A stretch of 63,300 bases of DNA, counting the filler, from Chiloscyllium plagiosum (taxonomy: Eukaryota), in NCBI RefSeq assembly GCF_004010195.1. It is 3 parts of one record of this genome, joined end to end, with 100 filler letters (N's around TTAATTAATTAA, not from the genome) between each part and the next. Parts side by side here need not be neighbours in the genome. Positions count along the whole stretch, not along the records: positions 29,029 to 58,909 come from NC_057716.1; positions 59,010 to 63,300 come from NC_057716.1; 1 more part is not named here. One strand, 5' to 3'. Below the pieces are notes generated by a model. That model was not told the origin of the DNA. It ran no database searches and saw nothing but the letters and a program-made list of their open reading frames with translations. A program made the translations under genes and the position numbers. Positions within the stretch are counted from its first letter, which is position 1. Each line of letters begins with the position of its first letter. Below, one piece after another: positions 50,022 to 63,300 of this stretch.

Positions 50022-50338
50022 GCACGGTGGCACAGTGGTTAGCACTGTTGCCTCACAGCGCCAGAGACCCAGGTTCAGTTCCCGCCTCAGGCAACTGACT
50101 GTGTGGAGCTTGCACATTCTCCCCGTGTCTGCGTGGGTTTCCTCCGGGTGCTCCGGTTTCCTCCCACAGTCCAAAAATGTGCAGGTCAGGTGAATTGGCC
50201 ATGCTAAATTGCCCCTAGTGTTAGGTGAAGGAGTAAATGTAGGGGAATGGGTGGGTTGCGCTTCGGCGGGTCGGTGTGGACTTGTTGGGCCGAAGAGTCT
50301 GTTTCCACACGGTAAGTAATCTAATCTAATCTAATCTA
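50022..50338 (+). mobile_element. HE1-like V-SINE
   Basis: Full-length copy. Further copies at about 43562-43937(-), 46092-46509(+), 51856-52107(+), 52762-53101(-), 53566-53853(+) and 54128-54436(+). Confidence 0.85.
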
Positions 50339-50860
50339 AAGAGACAAGCTACCTGGTGAGATCATCACTGAAGTGTTTCTGAAGTTGCACTTTAACAAAC
50401 CAGAGAAAGAGAGGCCAGAGACAGGTTCAGTTCAGAAGAAAAGATACTCATCAGGAGATGTGTCCTCTAGCAGCCTCAAAGTAACTGAAAAAAGATCTGT
50501 TTTTTTTTAACCTGAGGGCTATCATGTATTACAGAGTGAGATGGAGATAATCACATAAAATATAGGATTAGAAGTAGGCCAGTCTGCCCATCAAGTGGGC
50601 CGCCACATCCAGTGAATGTGTCAAATGTCAAAGAAAGGAAACATTTGCAACCTCACTAGTTGCATAAGAAATTAGAGCAAAGGCAGGAGTTATACCTCAC
50701 TGGGGTTGATTATCTGTAAAGGCTGTTGCTCGTAAAAGGTATCTATCTGGTTGCAACTTTTGATAAGATCTTTCCAATTTGACTTATGTTTTTGTTTCTT
50801 TTATATAATAAATTTACACCATTTTATTAAAAGTACATTAGCAGCCCTTGTGATAATATA

Positions 50861-51082
50861 GGGGAAAGTGTAGACTGCAGATGCTGGAGATCAGAGTCAA
50901 AAAGTGTGGTGCTGGAAAAGCACAGCAGGTCAGGCAGCATCCGAGGAGCAGGAGAGTCGACATCTCGGGCATAAGCCCTTCATCACATTCCTGATGAAGA
51001 GCTTATGCCCGAAACATCGATTCTCCTGCTCCTCGGATGCTGCCTGACTGGCTGTGCTTTTCCAGCACCACACTTTTTGACT
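50861..51082. mobile_element. Palindromic family A element
   Basis: Long inverted arms with CTGATGAAGAGCTTATGCCCGAAAC core. Further copies near 12755-12906, 37413-37543, 37881-38052, 44015-44150, 51626-51795, 61425-61560 and 62506-62635. Confidence 0.75.
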
Positions 51083-52272
51083 TGTGACAGTATGTTGAGT
51101 GATGGACAGCCATGGTAAATAAATTGCAAAAAAAATCTATCAAGCAAGGTTTCACTCTGAGCTCTGACATGTTCAGTACTGCCATCAGTTGGAACCCTAA
51201 CGACTCAAGTCAGACATGTGCTGAAATACTTTCCACTTACCTAAATGATGATAACACTCAAAAAGCTACTTAATCAGTACCACCTACACTACTTCAAGCA
51301 TTTAACCCTCCGACAGTAACACACAGTGTAATAGTGTGTAACATCTAAAGCAAGCACTACAGTAACTTCCTATGGCTCCTTCAACACTACCTTCCAAATC
51401 TCAGGCCTCTATCATCTAAATGTATGAGGTAGCAAGGACAGGGGCACACCGTCATCTGAAAAATCCCATCCAAACTGGGTACCGTCCTTATTTGAAACAA
51501 TAATGCTGTTCTTATACAGTCGCTCGGTCAAAATCCTTGGTAACTATGCCATGGGCATAACTATTCCTCACCATCACCAACACGGACTGCAGCAGTTCAA
51601 GAAAGTGGCTCACCACCACCTTGAGAGAAGGTGAGGACGGCAGATGCTGGAAAGTCAGAGTCGAAAAGTGTGGCACTGGAAAAGCACAGCCGGTCAGGCG
51701 GCATCCAAGAAGCAGGAGAGTCGATGTTTCAGGCATGAGCCCTTCGTCAGGACATTCCTGATGAAGAGCTTATGCCCGAAACTTTGACTCTTCTATTCCA
51801 CTTTCTCAAGGGTAATTTGAGGTGAAATACTGTGACCTGTCCAATGACAATTACATCTCAGGCGACTGACTGTGTGGAGTTTGCACGTTCTCCCCGTGTC
51901 TGCGTGGGTTTCCTCCGGGTGCTCTGGTTTCCTCCCACAGTCCAAAAATGTGCAGGTCAGGTGAATTGGCCATGGGAAATTGCCCGTAGTGTTAGGTAAG
52001 GTGGTAAATGTAGGGGTATGGGTGGGTTGCGCTTCGGCGGGTCAGTGTGGACTTGTTGGGCCGAAGGGCCTGTTTCCACACTGTAATGTAATCTGTAATC
52101 TGTAATCTCCTGGATGAATAAATATGTCTTTGTTTTATAGCTACTGACCCCTTCTAACCCTGAACAATTCTATTAAATCACCACTGCGTTTCAATAATCC
52201 TAGCTTCTGCACAGATCACTCGACCTTAATCTCAATGAAGTTTAAACAACTTCCAAATCAAATTCCTTTCAG

Positions 52273-52440
52273 GATGTCATGGTGAGGAACGACAGTCCCT
52301 GTGGTACTACCATCGGACCAATCCTCGCCTCTGGCCTTGGGCTGAAGGTATTGGACATGGGTTCCCCACAGTTGGCCATGCACTCTATCCGAGAGATGTG
52401 TTGTACATCGAGTGTATTGCAAACCATCACATTATTCAAG
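52273..52440 (+). CDS. DNPEP: DNPEP penultimate coding exon ([56 protein letters not shown])
   Basis: PCGTTIGP and LAMHSIRE (metal-ligand His) motifs; ag and gtaag boundaries. The final short exon was not found in the window. Confidence 0.95.
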
Positions 52441-55400
52441 GTAAGCGCCACCCTGCTCCCTGGTGAGCACTGAGAAGGTTAACTACTCTAGTGTCAGTGA
52501 TATATAAATAGTGCTGTTTATAGTCACAGCCAGTATGGACCTGTTTGGTTACGTTGTCCCCACTGTGTCAGTGTCACCTGGTAACTGTGCAGCAGTGAAT
52601 GGCTTGGCTTTACTTACACATTCTGTATGCTGTCAAGGATCTGTACTTGCTACATTTTGCCAGAGATAACGCCAGATTTTATCAGTGGGCTTTCGTTGCT
52701 GTTGTGGCCTCCAGTTTAAACCTGCAGACTGGGCTTGCTGTAGTTTGGAGGGACTCTTTTTCATAGAATCCCTACAGTGTGGAAACAGGCCATTTGGCCC
52801 AACAAGTCCACACCCCTCTGAAGAGTAACCCACCCAAACCCATTCCCCTACCTTATTACTCTACGTTTATCCCTGACCTAACCTACACGTCCCTGATCAC
52901 GATGGGCAGTTTAGCATGGCCAATTCACCTAACCTGTTCATCTTTGGACTGTGGGAGGAAACCAGAGAATCCGGAGGAAGTCCACACAGACACGGGGCGA
53001 ATGTGCAAAGTCCACACAGACAGTTGCCCAAGGCAGGAATCAAACCTGGGTCCCTGGCACTGTGAGACAGCAGTGCTAACCACTGAGCCGCTGTGCTGCC
53101 CTCTGTGGAAGTAGACTCATTTTGCAGAGAGCCTTGCTGTTCTACCTAACCTCCCCTCCATCTCGTTGGCTGACACAGTGGTTGGCAGGTACGGTGATAA
53201 ACGCAGACCCTTGTCCAAGAGAGAATCCCCAAACAGGGGGACACCGTCATAGAATTTAGACCCAGGTTTCTGTGAAATTGAGGCAACTAAATGCAGTGAA
53301 GATGCGCTGATGTTCCTGATGACATTGATGGTGAGGGCTCCAATACCCCTGCCCCTCCCCCACTCCCCCCAGTTTAATTCCATTTTGACATCGTGACAGC
53401 TTGCATTTGCATAGCATCTTAAATGTGCTGAAATATCCCTGTGGGTCTACACAAGAATGTTAACAGAGAACATGTGATACCAAACCGGGTAGAACCCGGT
53501 GACCAAAAACATCGTAAACGAGGCAGGTTTTGAGAAGTGTTTTATAGAACGAGAGCAGGGGAAAGGCAGCCTCAGGCGACTGACTGTGTGGAGTTTGCAC
53601 ATTCTCCCTGTGTCTGCGTGGGTTCCCTCCGGGTGCTCCGGTTTCCTCCCACAGTCCAAAGATGTGCAGGTTGGGGTGGATTGGCCATGGGAAACTGCCT
53701 GTAGAGTTCAGGGATGTGTAGGTGAGGTGCATTAGTTAGGGGCAAAAATGTAGAGTAATAGGTTCGGGGAATGGGTCTGAGTGGGTTACTCTTCAGAGGG
53801 TCAGTGTTGGGCCGAAGGGTCTGTTTCCACACTGTAGGGATTCTATGATTCTATACAGAGAACAAGTAATGCTGGAAATCACAGCGGGTCAGGCAGCATC
53901 CATGGAGTCTAGATGATTCTTCATCAGAGCTGACATATGGAAGGGACGTTTATGCTGCCACACCCACAGCAGTTCTTTTTAAAGATTAGATTTAGATTTT
54001 TAGATGTCGAGTCAGCGCAGACATGATGGGCTGAATGGCCTACTTGTATCATGGAATGATTCTGTGTGTGCAGTGCTCATGGAGAGTTGTAGGGAATCAG
54101 TATGTTTAATTTCCCTTCCTCATGAATGCTCAGTGGTTAGCACTGCTGTCTCACAGCACCAAGGTCCCAGGTTCGATTCCAGCCTCGGGCGACTGACTGT
54201 GTGGAAGTTTGTACATTCTCCCCGTGTCTGCGTGGGTTTCCTCCGGGTGCTCCAGTTTCCTCCCACAGTCCAAAGATGTGCAAGTTAGGTGAATTGGCCA
54301 TGGGAAATTACCCGTAGTGTTAGGTGCATTAGTCAGAGGGAAATGGGTCTGGGTGGGTTATTCTTCGGAGGTCAGTGTGGACTTGTTGGGCCGAAGGGCC
54401 TGTTTCCACATTGTAGGGGAATCTAATCTAATCTAAACTCAGCCCAGCTCTGAGCTGGTTGTGTCCATGGTGCTGTGTGTCTGTGTTGTTCTGTGGAAGC
54501 TGCATACATGATACCCACCAGACGGTGGCAGTGACACTCAGTCTCACAAAGATTGTTTATCTTGAGTTAATCGGACAAAGCCAAGCGTCTGACTGATTTA
54601 TCAAACGCCAAACAGTGCAAACCGCAGCCCCCTGGAAACAGAGTCCACACATGGTGGTCACCTCCTGGAAAAGCAGCGGAGGACCACCGACTTCAGGGGG
54701 GTCTGAGGAAACGTTTGCTCCAGGACGTGGCCCTAACGCTGTACCCCGCTCCCTGAAAATCAGTGCAGCAAAGGCACAGCAAGAGGCCACTGTCTGTGGC
54801 AGTGCTCCTTCATCACGTGGTGTCCCATTGCCTGACCCTCGGAGTTTGGGCCACAATTGGACATGAAAATTCTTTGATTTCTCCCGGTGGGGGCAAGTCC
54901 AGAACGGGGAGGAAAGACGTGCATTTATATGGCACCTTTCACCTCCCAAGGATGACCCAGCACTTTGCAACCAGAGAAGTCATTTTTTTTCAATAAGACT
55001 GTAATCACGGTCGTAATGTAAGAGATAGGGTAGTGAATTTGCACACAGCAAGATCCCAAACAAACACACAAATGGGACAATTTGCAGATTAATTCTTTAT
55101 TTAAGTGGTTTTGGTTGAAAGAGGGATATTAACCAGGGGAGTAGGGAGAAGTTTGCCTGGACCTCAAGGCTGTACTGTGGGATTTGCCGATAGAGGTTTA
55201 GTATCTCAAGAAATGCATAATTGTTACACTGGGAGTAGAAACCTGGATTGAGTGCCTCTGTCTCTGGATTGCGACTTGAGCGCAAGAACACTTCACCCGA
55301 GTGACTGAACTACAGTTAACTCTAACTCAACAGTTTGTCAGAAGTCACATGACACCAGGTTATAGTCCACCAGGTACAATTGAAATTGCAAGCTTTCAGA

Positions 55401-55575
55401 GCACTGATTTCAAATAAACCTGTTGGACTATACCCTGGTGTCATGTGACTTTTGAGTTTGCCCACCCCAGCCCAACACCAGCACCTCCACATCCTAGCAG
55501 ATTGTCACAGGGTTATATTCAACAGACCTCATCAGTTGTGTTCTTATTACGCTAACCCGTGATTGTGGTTGTTTT

Positions 55576-56757
55576 AGAACATAGAACATAGAACAGTACA
55601 GCACCCTTCGGCCACGATGTTGTGCCGAACATTTGTCCTAGCTTAAGCACCCATCCATGTACCTATCCAATTGCCACTTAAAGGTCACCAATGATTCTGA
55701 CTCTGCCACTCCCACAGGCAGCGCATTCCATGCCCCCACCACTCTCTGGGTAAAGAACCTACCCCTGACATCCCCTCTATACCTTCCACCCTTAAATTTA
55801 TGTCCCCTTGTAACACTCTGTTATACCCGGGGAAAAGGTTTCTGATTGTCTACACTATTCCCCTGATCACCTTATACACCTCTATCAAGTCACCCCTCAT
55901 CCTTCTCCGTTCCAATGAGAAAAGGCCTAGCACGCTCAACCTATCCTCGTACGACCTATTCTCCATTCCAGGCAACATCCTGGTAAACCTTCTCTGCACC
56001 CTCTCCAAAGCTTCCACATCTTTCCAAAAGTGAGGCGACCAGAACTGCACACAGTACTCAAANNNNNNNNNNNNNNNNNNNNNNNNNNNNNNNNNNNNNN
56101 NNNNNNNNNNNNNNNNNNNNNNNNNNNNNNNNNNNNNNNNNNNNNNNNNNNNNNNNNNNNNNNNNNNNNNNNNNNNNNNNNNNNNNNNNNNNNNNNNNNN
56201 NNNNNNNNNNNNNNNNNNNNNNNNNNNNNNNNNNNNNNNNNNNNNNNNNNNNNNNNNNNNNNNNNNNNNNNNNNNNNNNNNNNNNNNNNNNNNNNNNNNN
56301 NNNNNNNNNNNNNNNNNGCTGAATATTTACCATCTACCACCACTCTCTGACTTCGACTGGTTAGCCAGTTTTCTATCCAATTGGCCATATTTCCCATGCC
56401 TCCTGACTTTCCGCATAAGCCTACCATGGGGAACCTTATCAAATGTCTTACTAAAATCCATGTATACCACATCCACTGCTCTACTCTCATCCACATGCTT
56501 GGTCACCTCCTCAAAGAATTCAATAAGACTTGTAAGGCAAGACCTACCCTTCACAAATCCGTGCTGGCTGTCCCTAATCAAGCAGTGTCTTTCCAGATAC
56601 TCATAAATCCTATCCCTCAGTACCCTTTCCATTACTTTGCCTACCACCGAAGTAAGACTAACTGGCCTGTAATTCCCAGGGTTATCCCTATTCCCTTTTT
56701 TGAACAGGGGCACAACATTCGCCTCTCTCCAGTCCCCTGGTACCACCCCTGTTGACA
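55576..56757 (-). mobile_element. CR1 LINE RT fragment spanning an N gap
   Basis: VPGDWREANVVPLFKKG..PGNYRPVSLTS; (AGAACAT)n tail on the plus strand. Confidence 0.88.
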
Positions 56758-57050
56758 GTGTTAGTACAAAACTTGAATCTTGCTGAAAAGAGAGGCATAT
56801 CATCGAACCTTTTTGCCTTCACACTCATCAGGACAAATCCAAGAATGTCAAAATTCAAATGGTCCCAGTCAATTTATACTGAGCCAGAAAGAATGATTGG
56901 CAAGTTGACCTGGAAGAGCAAAATATCTCAAAAGGTTACGCGAGAGTTGAATGCAAAGTCAAGCAGCACGGAAACAGACCCTACGGTCCACCCAGTCCAT
57001 GCTGACCATTATGTATACACCCATATGGTAATATAGCCATTCTCAGCAAG

Positions 57051-57395
57051 GGGAGGCAATGGCCTAGTGGTATAATCTCTGAACTGTTAATCCAAAGATT
57101 CAAATAATGACATGGGTACCCAGGTTTGAATCCCACCGTGGCAGGTGGTGGAGTTGGAATTCAATTTTAAAAATTAATAGTTTACTGATGACCATGAAAC
57201 CATGGTCAATGGTTGGAAAAACCCCCATCTGGTTCACTAATGTCCTTCAGGGAAGGAAACTGCCATCCTTACCTGGTCTAGCCTACATGTGACTCCAGAC
57301 TCACAACAATGAGGTTGACTCTTATCTTGACAACTAGGGGTGGGCAATAAATGCTGACCTAGCCAGCGACGCCCTCATCCCGTGAATGAATAAAA
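57051..57395 (+). mobile_element. Second tRNA-derived SINE family
   Basis: A/B-box-like head (TGGCCTAGTGG; GGTTTGAATCCC). Its tail GGGCAATAAATGCTG...CATCCC..GAATGAATAAA is shared with LINE 3' ends at 9523-9992 and 34135-34480. Related copies at 34843-35193(-) and about 5260-5585. Confidence 0.7.
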
Positions 57396-58504
57396 ACAAA
57401 CAGAATATGTTCAGTCTCCGTTCTTTCCTGAATTACCCAGGAGCATGGTGGGGGAGGGGTGGTTACTAAGGCTTCACTTCCCATTGCTTTCTCTATGGCA
57501 ATACCTTTGATAACCAATCCACACTCTTTTCCCATGTAACATAAATTAGACAATAGACAATAGGTGCAGGAGTAGGCCATTCAGCCCTTCGAGCCTGCAC
57601 CGCCATTCAATATGATCATGGCTGATCATTCTTAATCAGTATCCTGTTCCTGCCTTATCTCCATAACCCTTGATTCCACTATCTTTGAGAGCTCTATCCA
57701 ACTCCTTCTTAAATGAATCCAGAGACTGGGCCTCTACTGCCCTCTGGGGCAGAGCATTCCACACAGCCACCACTCTCTGGGTGAAGAAGTTTCTCCTGAG
57801 CTCTGTCCTAAATGGTCTACCCCGTATTTTTAAGCTGTAACGGTCTGGAATTGGACACTCTTGGGTTTGTCCCTGATGAGTTTGTGATGAAAAGCTTCAG
57901 CGATATTCAACCCTTCAGCACTTTACGATGGCGGTGGGGAGTTGGAGGGCTCCTTCCTTTACTGCANNNNNNNNNNNNNNNNNNNNNNNNNNNNNNNNNN
58001 NNNNNNNNNNNNNNNNNNNNNNNNNNNNNNNNNNNNNNNNNNNNNNNNNNNNNNNNNNNNNNNNNNNNNNNNNNNNNNNNNNNNNNNNNNNNNNNNNNNN
58101 NNNNNNNNNNNNNNNNNNNNNNNNNNNNNNNNNNNNNNNNNNNNNNNNNNNNNNNNNNNNNNNNNNNNNNNNNNNNNNNNNNNNNNNNNNNNNNNNNNNN
58201 NNNNNNNNNNNNNNNNNNNNNNNNNNNNNNNNNNNNNNNNNNNNNNNNNNNNNNNNNNNNNNNNNNNNNNNNNNNNNNNNNNNNNNNNNNNNNNNNNNNN
58301 NNNNNNNNNNNNNNNNNNNNNNNNNNNNNNNNNNNNNNNNNNNNNNNNNNNNNNNNNNNNNNNNNNNNNNNNNNNNNNNNNNNNNNNNNNNNNNNNNNNN
58401 NNNNNNNNNNNNNNNNNNNNNNNNNNNNNNNNNNNNNNNNNNNNNNNNNNNNNNNNNNNNNNNNNNATTCCCCAACCCAATTACTCTACAGGTCCCCTGA
58501 CTAA

Positions 58505-58909
58505 CCCACCCTAACCTGCACATCCCTGGGCACTACGGGGACAATTTAGCACGGCCAACCCACCCTAACCTGCACATCCCTGGACACTACGGGACAATTT
58601 AGCACGGCCAATCGATCCTAACCTGTACATCCCTGGGCACTATGGGACAATTTAGCACGGCCAATCCACCCTAGCCTGCACATCCCTGGGCACTATGGGA
58701 CAATTTAGCACGGCCAATCCAGCCTAACCGGCACATCCCTGGGCACGACAAGGACAATTTAGCACGGCCAATCGACCCTAACCTGCACATCCCTGGGCAC
58801 TACGGGGACAATTTAGCACGGCCAATCCACCCTAACCTGCACATCCCTGGGCACTACGGGACAATTTAGCACGGCCAATCCACCCTAACCAGCACATCCC
58901 TGGGCACTA
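58505..58909. repeat. Minisatellite of about 53 bp derived from an HE1 internal segment
   Basis: Tandem CCACCCTAACCTGCACATCCCTGGGCACTACGGGACAATTTAGCACGGCCAAT, about 7.5 copies between two gaps. Confidence 0.9.
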
Positions 58910-59009
58910 NNNNNNNNNNNNNNNNNNNNNNNNNNNNNNNNNNNNNNNNNNNNTTAATTAATTAANNNNNNNNNNNNNNNNNNNNNNNNNNNNNNNNNNN
59001 NNNNNNNNN
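58910..59009. other. Artificial 100-nt scaffold spacer N44-TTAATTAATTAA-N44
   Basis: Same construct as 28929-29028. Confidence 0.9.
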
Positions 59010-61020
59010 GCCAAAGGTTCGGCAATCTCTTCCCTTGCTTCCCAGAGGATCCTAGGCCCAGGGCCCAGGGGACTTGTCTATTTTCACACTCTGCAGTATT
59101 TCTAATACCTCTTCCTTGTGAACCTCAATCTCTTCTAGTCTAGATGCAAGTATCTCTGTATCTTCCTCGCCAACATTTTAATTTTCTATAGTAAACACTG
59201 TCGAAAAAAAATTATTTAGTGCTTCCTATCTCCTCTGACTCCACACACAACTTCCCACTATTATCCTTGATTGGCCCTAATTTAACTCTTTTATTCTTTT
59301 ATTCCTGACATACCTATGGAAAGCCTTAGGGTTAACCCTGATCCTATCCGCCAACAACTTCTCATGTCTCCTCCTGGCTCTTCTGAGCTCTCTTTTTAGG
59401 TCTTTCCTGACTTCCTTGTAACCCTCAAGCGCCCTGAGTTTTCACATTTTGTCCTAACATAAGCCTTCTTCTTCTTCTTGACCAGGGATTCCACTTCTAT
59501 ATCTTCCTCTCTGCCTGACAGGTACATACTTATCTAGGGGACACAGTAGCTTTTCCTTGAATAAGCTCCACATTTCTAATGTGCTCATCCCCTGCAGTTT
59601 CCTTCCCCATCCTATGCTTCCTAAATCTTGCCTAATCACATCGTAATTTCCCTTCCCCCAGCTGTAACTCTTGCCCCAGTGGTATACACCTATCCCTTTC
59701 CATCACTAAAGTAAACCTGACAGAATTGTGATCGCTGTCTCCAAAGTGCTCACCTACCTCCAAGTCTAACACCTGGCCGGGTCGTTACCCAGTACCAAAT
59801 CTAATGTAGCTTCGCCCCTTGTAGGCCTGTCTACAAACTGTGTCAGGAAGCCCTCCTGCACACACTGGACAAAAACTGACCCATCTATAGATCAGTTAGA
59901 GGCTTGGGCAGAAAAATGGCAGATGGAGTTTAACCCAAACAAATGTGAGGTGATCCATTTTGGAAAGTCAAGTACAGGTGGAAATGAGACAGTGCATGGC
60001 ACAACCCTTAGGAGTATTGATATGCAGAGGGATCTGGGTGTGCAGGTCCATAGATCACTGAAGGTGGCAGCACAGGTAGATAGGGAGAGAAAAAGGCTTA
60101 TGGCATGTTTGCCTTAATTAGAAGGGGCATTGAGTAAAAGGATAAACAAGTTTTGCTGCAGCTTTATAGAACTATAGTTAGACCACATATGGAATATTGC
60201 ATACAGTTCTGGTCACCACACTACCAGAAGGATGTAGATGTTTTGGAGAGGGTACAGAAAAGGTTTACCAGGATGTTGCCTGGTCTGGGGATTCTAGCCA
60301 TGGAGAAAGGTTAGATAGATTGGGTTTGTTTTCACTGGAATACAGGAGGTTGAGGGGGTGACCTGACAGACGTTTATAAGATCGTGGGTGGCATGGATAG
60401 AGTGGATACTATGAGGCTTTTTCCCAGGGTGGAGGGGTCAGTTACTCGGGACACAGGTTCAAAGTGAGAGGGAGGAAGTTTAACAGATGTGCGAGGCAAG
60501 TTTTTCCCACAAAGGGTGGTGAGGGCCTGGAACGCGCTGCCAGAGGAGGGGGTGGAAGCAGACACAATAGCAGCATTCAAGAAGCACCTGGATGAATACA
60601 GGAAGGGAATAGAGGGATACGGATTCTGTAAGGGAAGACATTTTTAGTATGGAAGGGTAAAATGTGTCAGCACAGGCTTGGAGGGCCGAAGAGCCTGTTC
60701 CTGTGCTGTATTGTCCTTTGTTTTTTTTGTTGTTGCTCTATATCCCTCATGATTTTATAAACTTCTATAAGGTCACCCTTCAACCTCCTACACTCCACTG
60801 AAAAAAGTCCCAGCCAATCCAACCTCTCCCTATAACTCAAACCCTCCACACCCTGCAACATCCTGGTCAATCTCTTCCGAACCTTCCCCAGTTTAATGAT
60901 ATCCTTCCTATAACAGGGCGACCAGAACTGGACACAGTGTTCCAGAGGAGACCTCCCCAATGTCCTGTACATTCTCAACGGAACATCCCAACTCCGATAT
61001 CAAAGGTCGGGGCAATGAAG
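59010..61020. mobile_element. Cluster of CR1 fragments (59010-59890 minus, 59890-60715 plus, 60735-61020 minus)
   Basis: CR1 ORF2 motifs in the track ORFs. Other CR1 ends at about 10370-10900, 35520-36010, 36530-37017, 61677-62005 and 62995-63300. Confidence 0.78.
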
Positions 61021-63300
61021 GCGCGCCATGTCAAATGACCCAATTGGCTATGGAGTCTATTTCTGCTGCTACATCTTGTGGCTTTATGATTCAGTATTGG
61101 GACCTTTCCTGTTATTTATTAAAGATCTTGTTCTTGGTGTACATGAGTCAATTTCTAGATTTGTGGATGGGGAACTTGTACAAATTAAACAAGGCAGATT
61201 CCTGTCTGTAACCTGTCCAAGTGATGGAAAATGTGGAATGTTGCACTCGGAAGGAATTCTGGTTGGTTGAAAGAACTATCCAATTACAGTGAACCTGCTC
61301 TCTCTCCCCACAGCTCTGTAAATATTCTTTTCAAATATTTGTTAAACTCTCTGCTTGTTAGTAAAGATTAAATCTGCTTCTATTCCCCTGGAGACAGTAA
61401 GGGACTGCAGCTGCTGGCGGCAAGAGTCAATAGATATGAAGCTGGAAACGTGCAGCAGGTCAGGCAGCATCCGAGGAGCAGGAAAGTCTGTTTCAGCCCA
61501 AAGTATTCACTCTCCTGCTCCTCGGATGCTGCCTGACCTGCTGCACGTTTCCAGCTTCATATCTACTGCTTCAATCCCCCTAGCGGGCAGTGCCTTCCAG
61601 AGCACCGTGAGTCAACATGTCTCTTTCTAACCCTCAGGTTCTGTTACCATTTAGTTCCAATCTGCAATTATACAGTCACAGAGTCCTACAGCACGGAGAT
61701 AGCACCTTCGGCCCAAACTGGTCCATGCCGACCAAAATACCCATCCACTCTAACCCCATTTCCCTGCACTTGGCCCATATCCTTCTAATCCTTTCCTATC
61801 CATGTATTTGTCCAAATGCCTTTTAAATGTTGTTAATGGACCCGCCTCAACCACTTCCGCTGGCAGCTCATTCCATATGCGTACCACCCTCTGTGTAAAA
61901 ACGTTACCCCCTCAGGTTCCCTTTTATTCTTTCCCCTCTAACCTTAACCTGATGCCCTCTAGTCCTCGATTCCCCAACCCTGGGGAAAAGACTGAGTGCA
62001 TTCACCAGTCTCCAGTTACTGAGAGCAGAAACAGAATTTCACATTGTCACAACATGAGAAAGATTAACGGGACAGTAAGGAGCTCAGAGGTAGGGGAGCT
62101 GCAAGGTGATTGGTAAAGACGTGGCGGGGTGTGTAAGTTGTTTCCCTCCATCATTCCCAACTTCACTTTCCCTGTTGTATTTGAAGATTTTACCTCACAT
62201 GCACCTGTTTTTTGATTTCATTACCATCTCCAACTCCTGTACTATCCAGGAATTCCTCATTGTTTCATCCTGTTTGAATGTGTTGAGCGTGTACTGTGAT
62301 AAATGTCCCTGTCAATCCTATTTCACATTGGCAGGATCGCTCCTCATCCCACTGAAATGAGTCCAATTTCATTTTCGAACTTCTCCCTTAGATTGGAATT
62401 TGAGTTCCTCTGTTCAGCCTGACCCAGAGTCTATTCAGACACCTTCACTCTTCGCCACCAGGTCCAGAAAAGCCTCTTTCCTAACTGGAACAAAGAACGT
62501 ATTGATTCCTGATGGAGGCCTCCTGCCCGAAACGTCGATTCTCCTGCTCCTCGGATGCTGCCTGACCTGCTGTGCTTTTCCAGCACCACTCGAATCTAAA
62601 CTCTAATCTCCAGCATCTGCAGTACCCACCTTTACCTAAAGAACATACTGGGTCAAAGATGTTCTCCTGAACGCACCTCAGAAATGCCTCCTGCTGTTTG
62701 TCCTTAATGTGACCACAATCAGTATTTGGGTGATTGAAAGCCCCCACAGTCACCTCTCGGTAGTTCTTGTATAGCTCCATGACCCCTTTCCTCACCTCTT
62801 TCACTACTTGAGCCTGTACTCATTGGAGTTTCGAAGAATGAGAGACAACCTTATTGAAATGTACACGATTCTTCGAGGGCTTTTCAGAGGGGATTTGACA
62901 GGGGAGATGTGGGAGATGTGGGAAAATCGAGGATCAGAGGGGCATCATCTCAGAGTAAGTATATTTAAGGCAGAGATGAGGAGGATTTTCTTAGAGTCAT
63001 AGAGTCACAGAGATGTACAGCACAGAAACAGACCCTTCAGTCCAACTTGTCCATGCCGACCAGATATCCCAACCCAATCTAGTCCCACCTGCCAGCACCC
63101 GGCCCATATCCCTCCAAACCCTTCCTATTCATATACCCATCCAGATGCTTTTTAAATGTTGAAATTGTACCAGCCTCCACCACATCCTCTGGCAGCTCAT
63201 TCCATACACGTACCACCCTCTGTGTGAAACAGTTGCCCCTTAGGTCTTTTATATCTTTCCCCTCTCACCCTAAACCTATGCCCTCTAGTTCTGGACTCCC

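Noticed and set aside
50022..50100. tRNA genes
   Set aside because: The A/B-box sequences are SINE heads that continue directly into V-domain bodies.
53265..53396. GFCEI... peptide as the DNPEP last exon
   Set aside because: The available AG gives the wrong frame (VSVK), and the similarity does not extend.
57812..58523. ORFs of 170-230 aa
   Set aside because: They are almost entirely translated Ns.

Overview
Repeat-rich eukaryotic genomic DNA from a cartilaginous fish (shark). The assignment rests on many HE1/V-domain SINEs sharing a 3' tail with CR1-clade (HER1-like) LINEs. Two spliced host genes face away from each other, and neither is complete here. On the minus strand is the N-terminal part of anion exchanger 3 (SLC4A3): exons 15216-15063, 12230-11947, 11295-11189 and 9284-9070, plus a probable alternative cardiac-type first exon ending at 4703. 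On the plus strand are ten phase-consistent internal exons of aspartyl aminopeptidase (DNPEP), 30440-52440. Between the genes lie two different decayed Gmr1-like Ty3/Gypsy LTR retrotransposons with integrase before RT, a near-intact Neptune-type Penelope-like element, and an artificial 100-nt scaffold spacer (N44-TTAATTAATTAA-N44). The most striking non-genic signal is about 20 short, mostly palindromic insertions from roughly four families. They carry minimal hammerhead-ribozyme cores, several have 12-16 bp target-site duplications, and two families link in-window to Penelope-like element termini. Most ORFs in the supplied track are repeat-derived or read through N gaps and are not genes. All homology calls come from motif recognition by eye; no searches were run.
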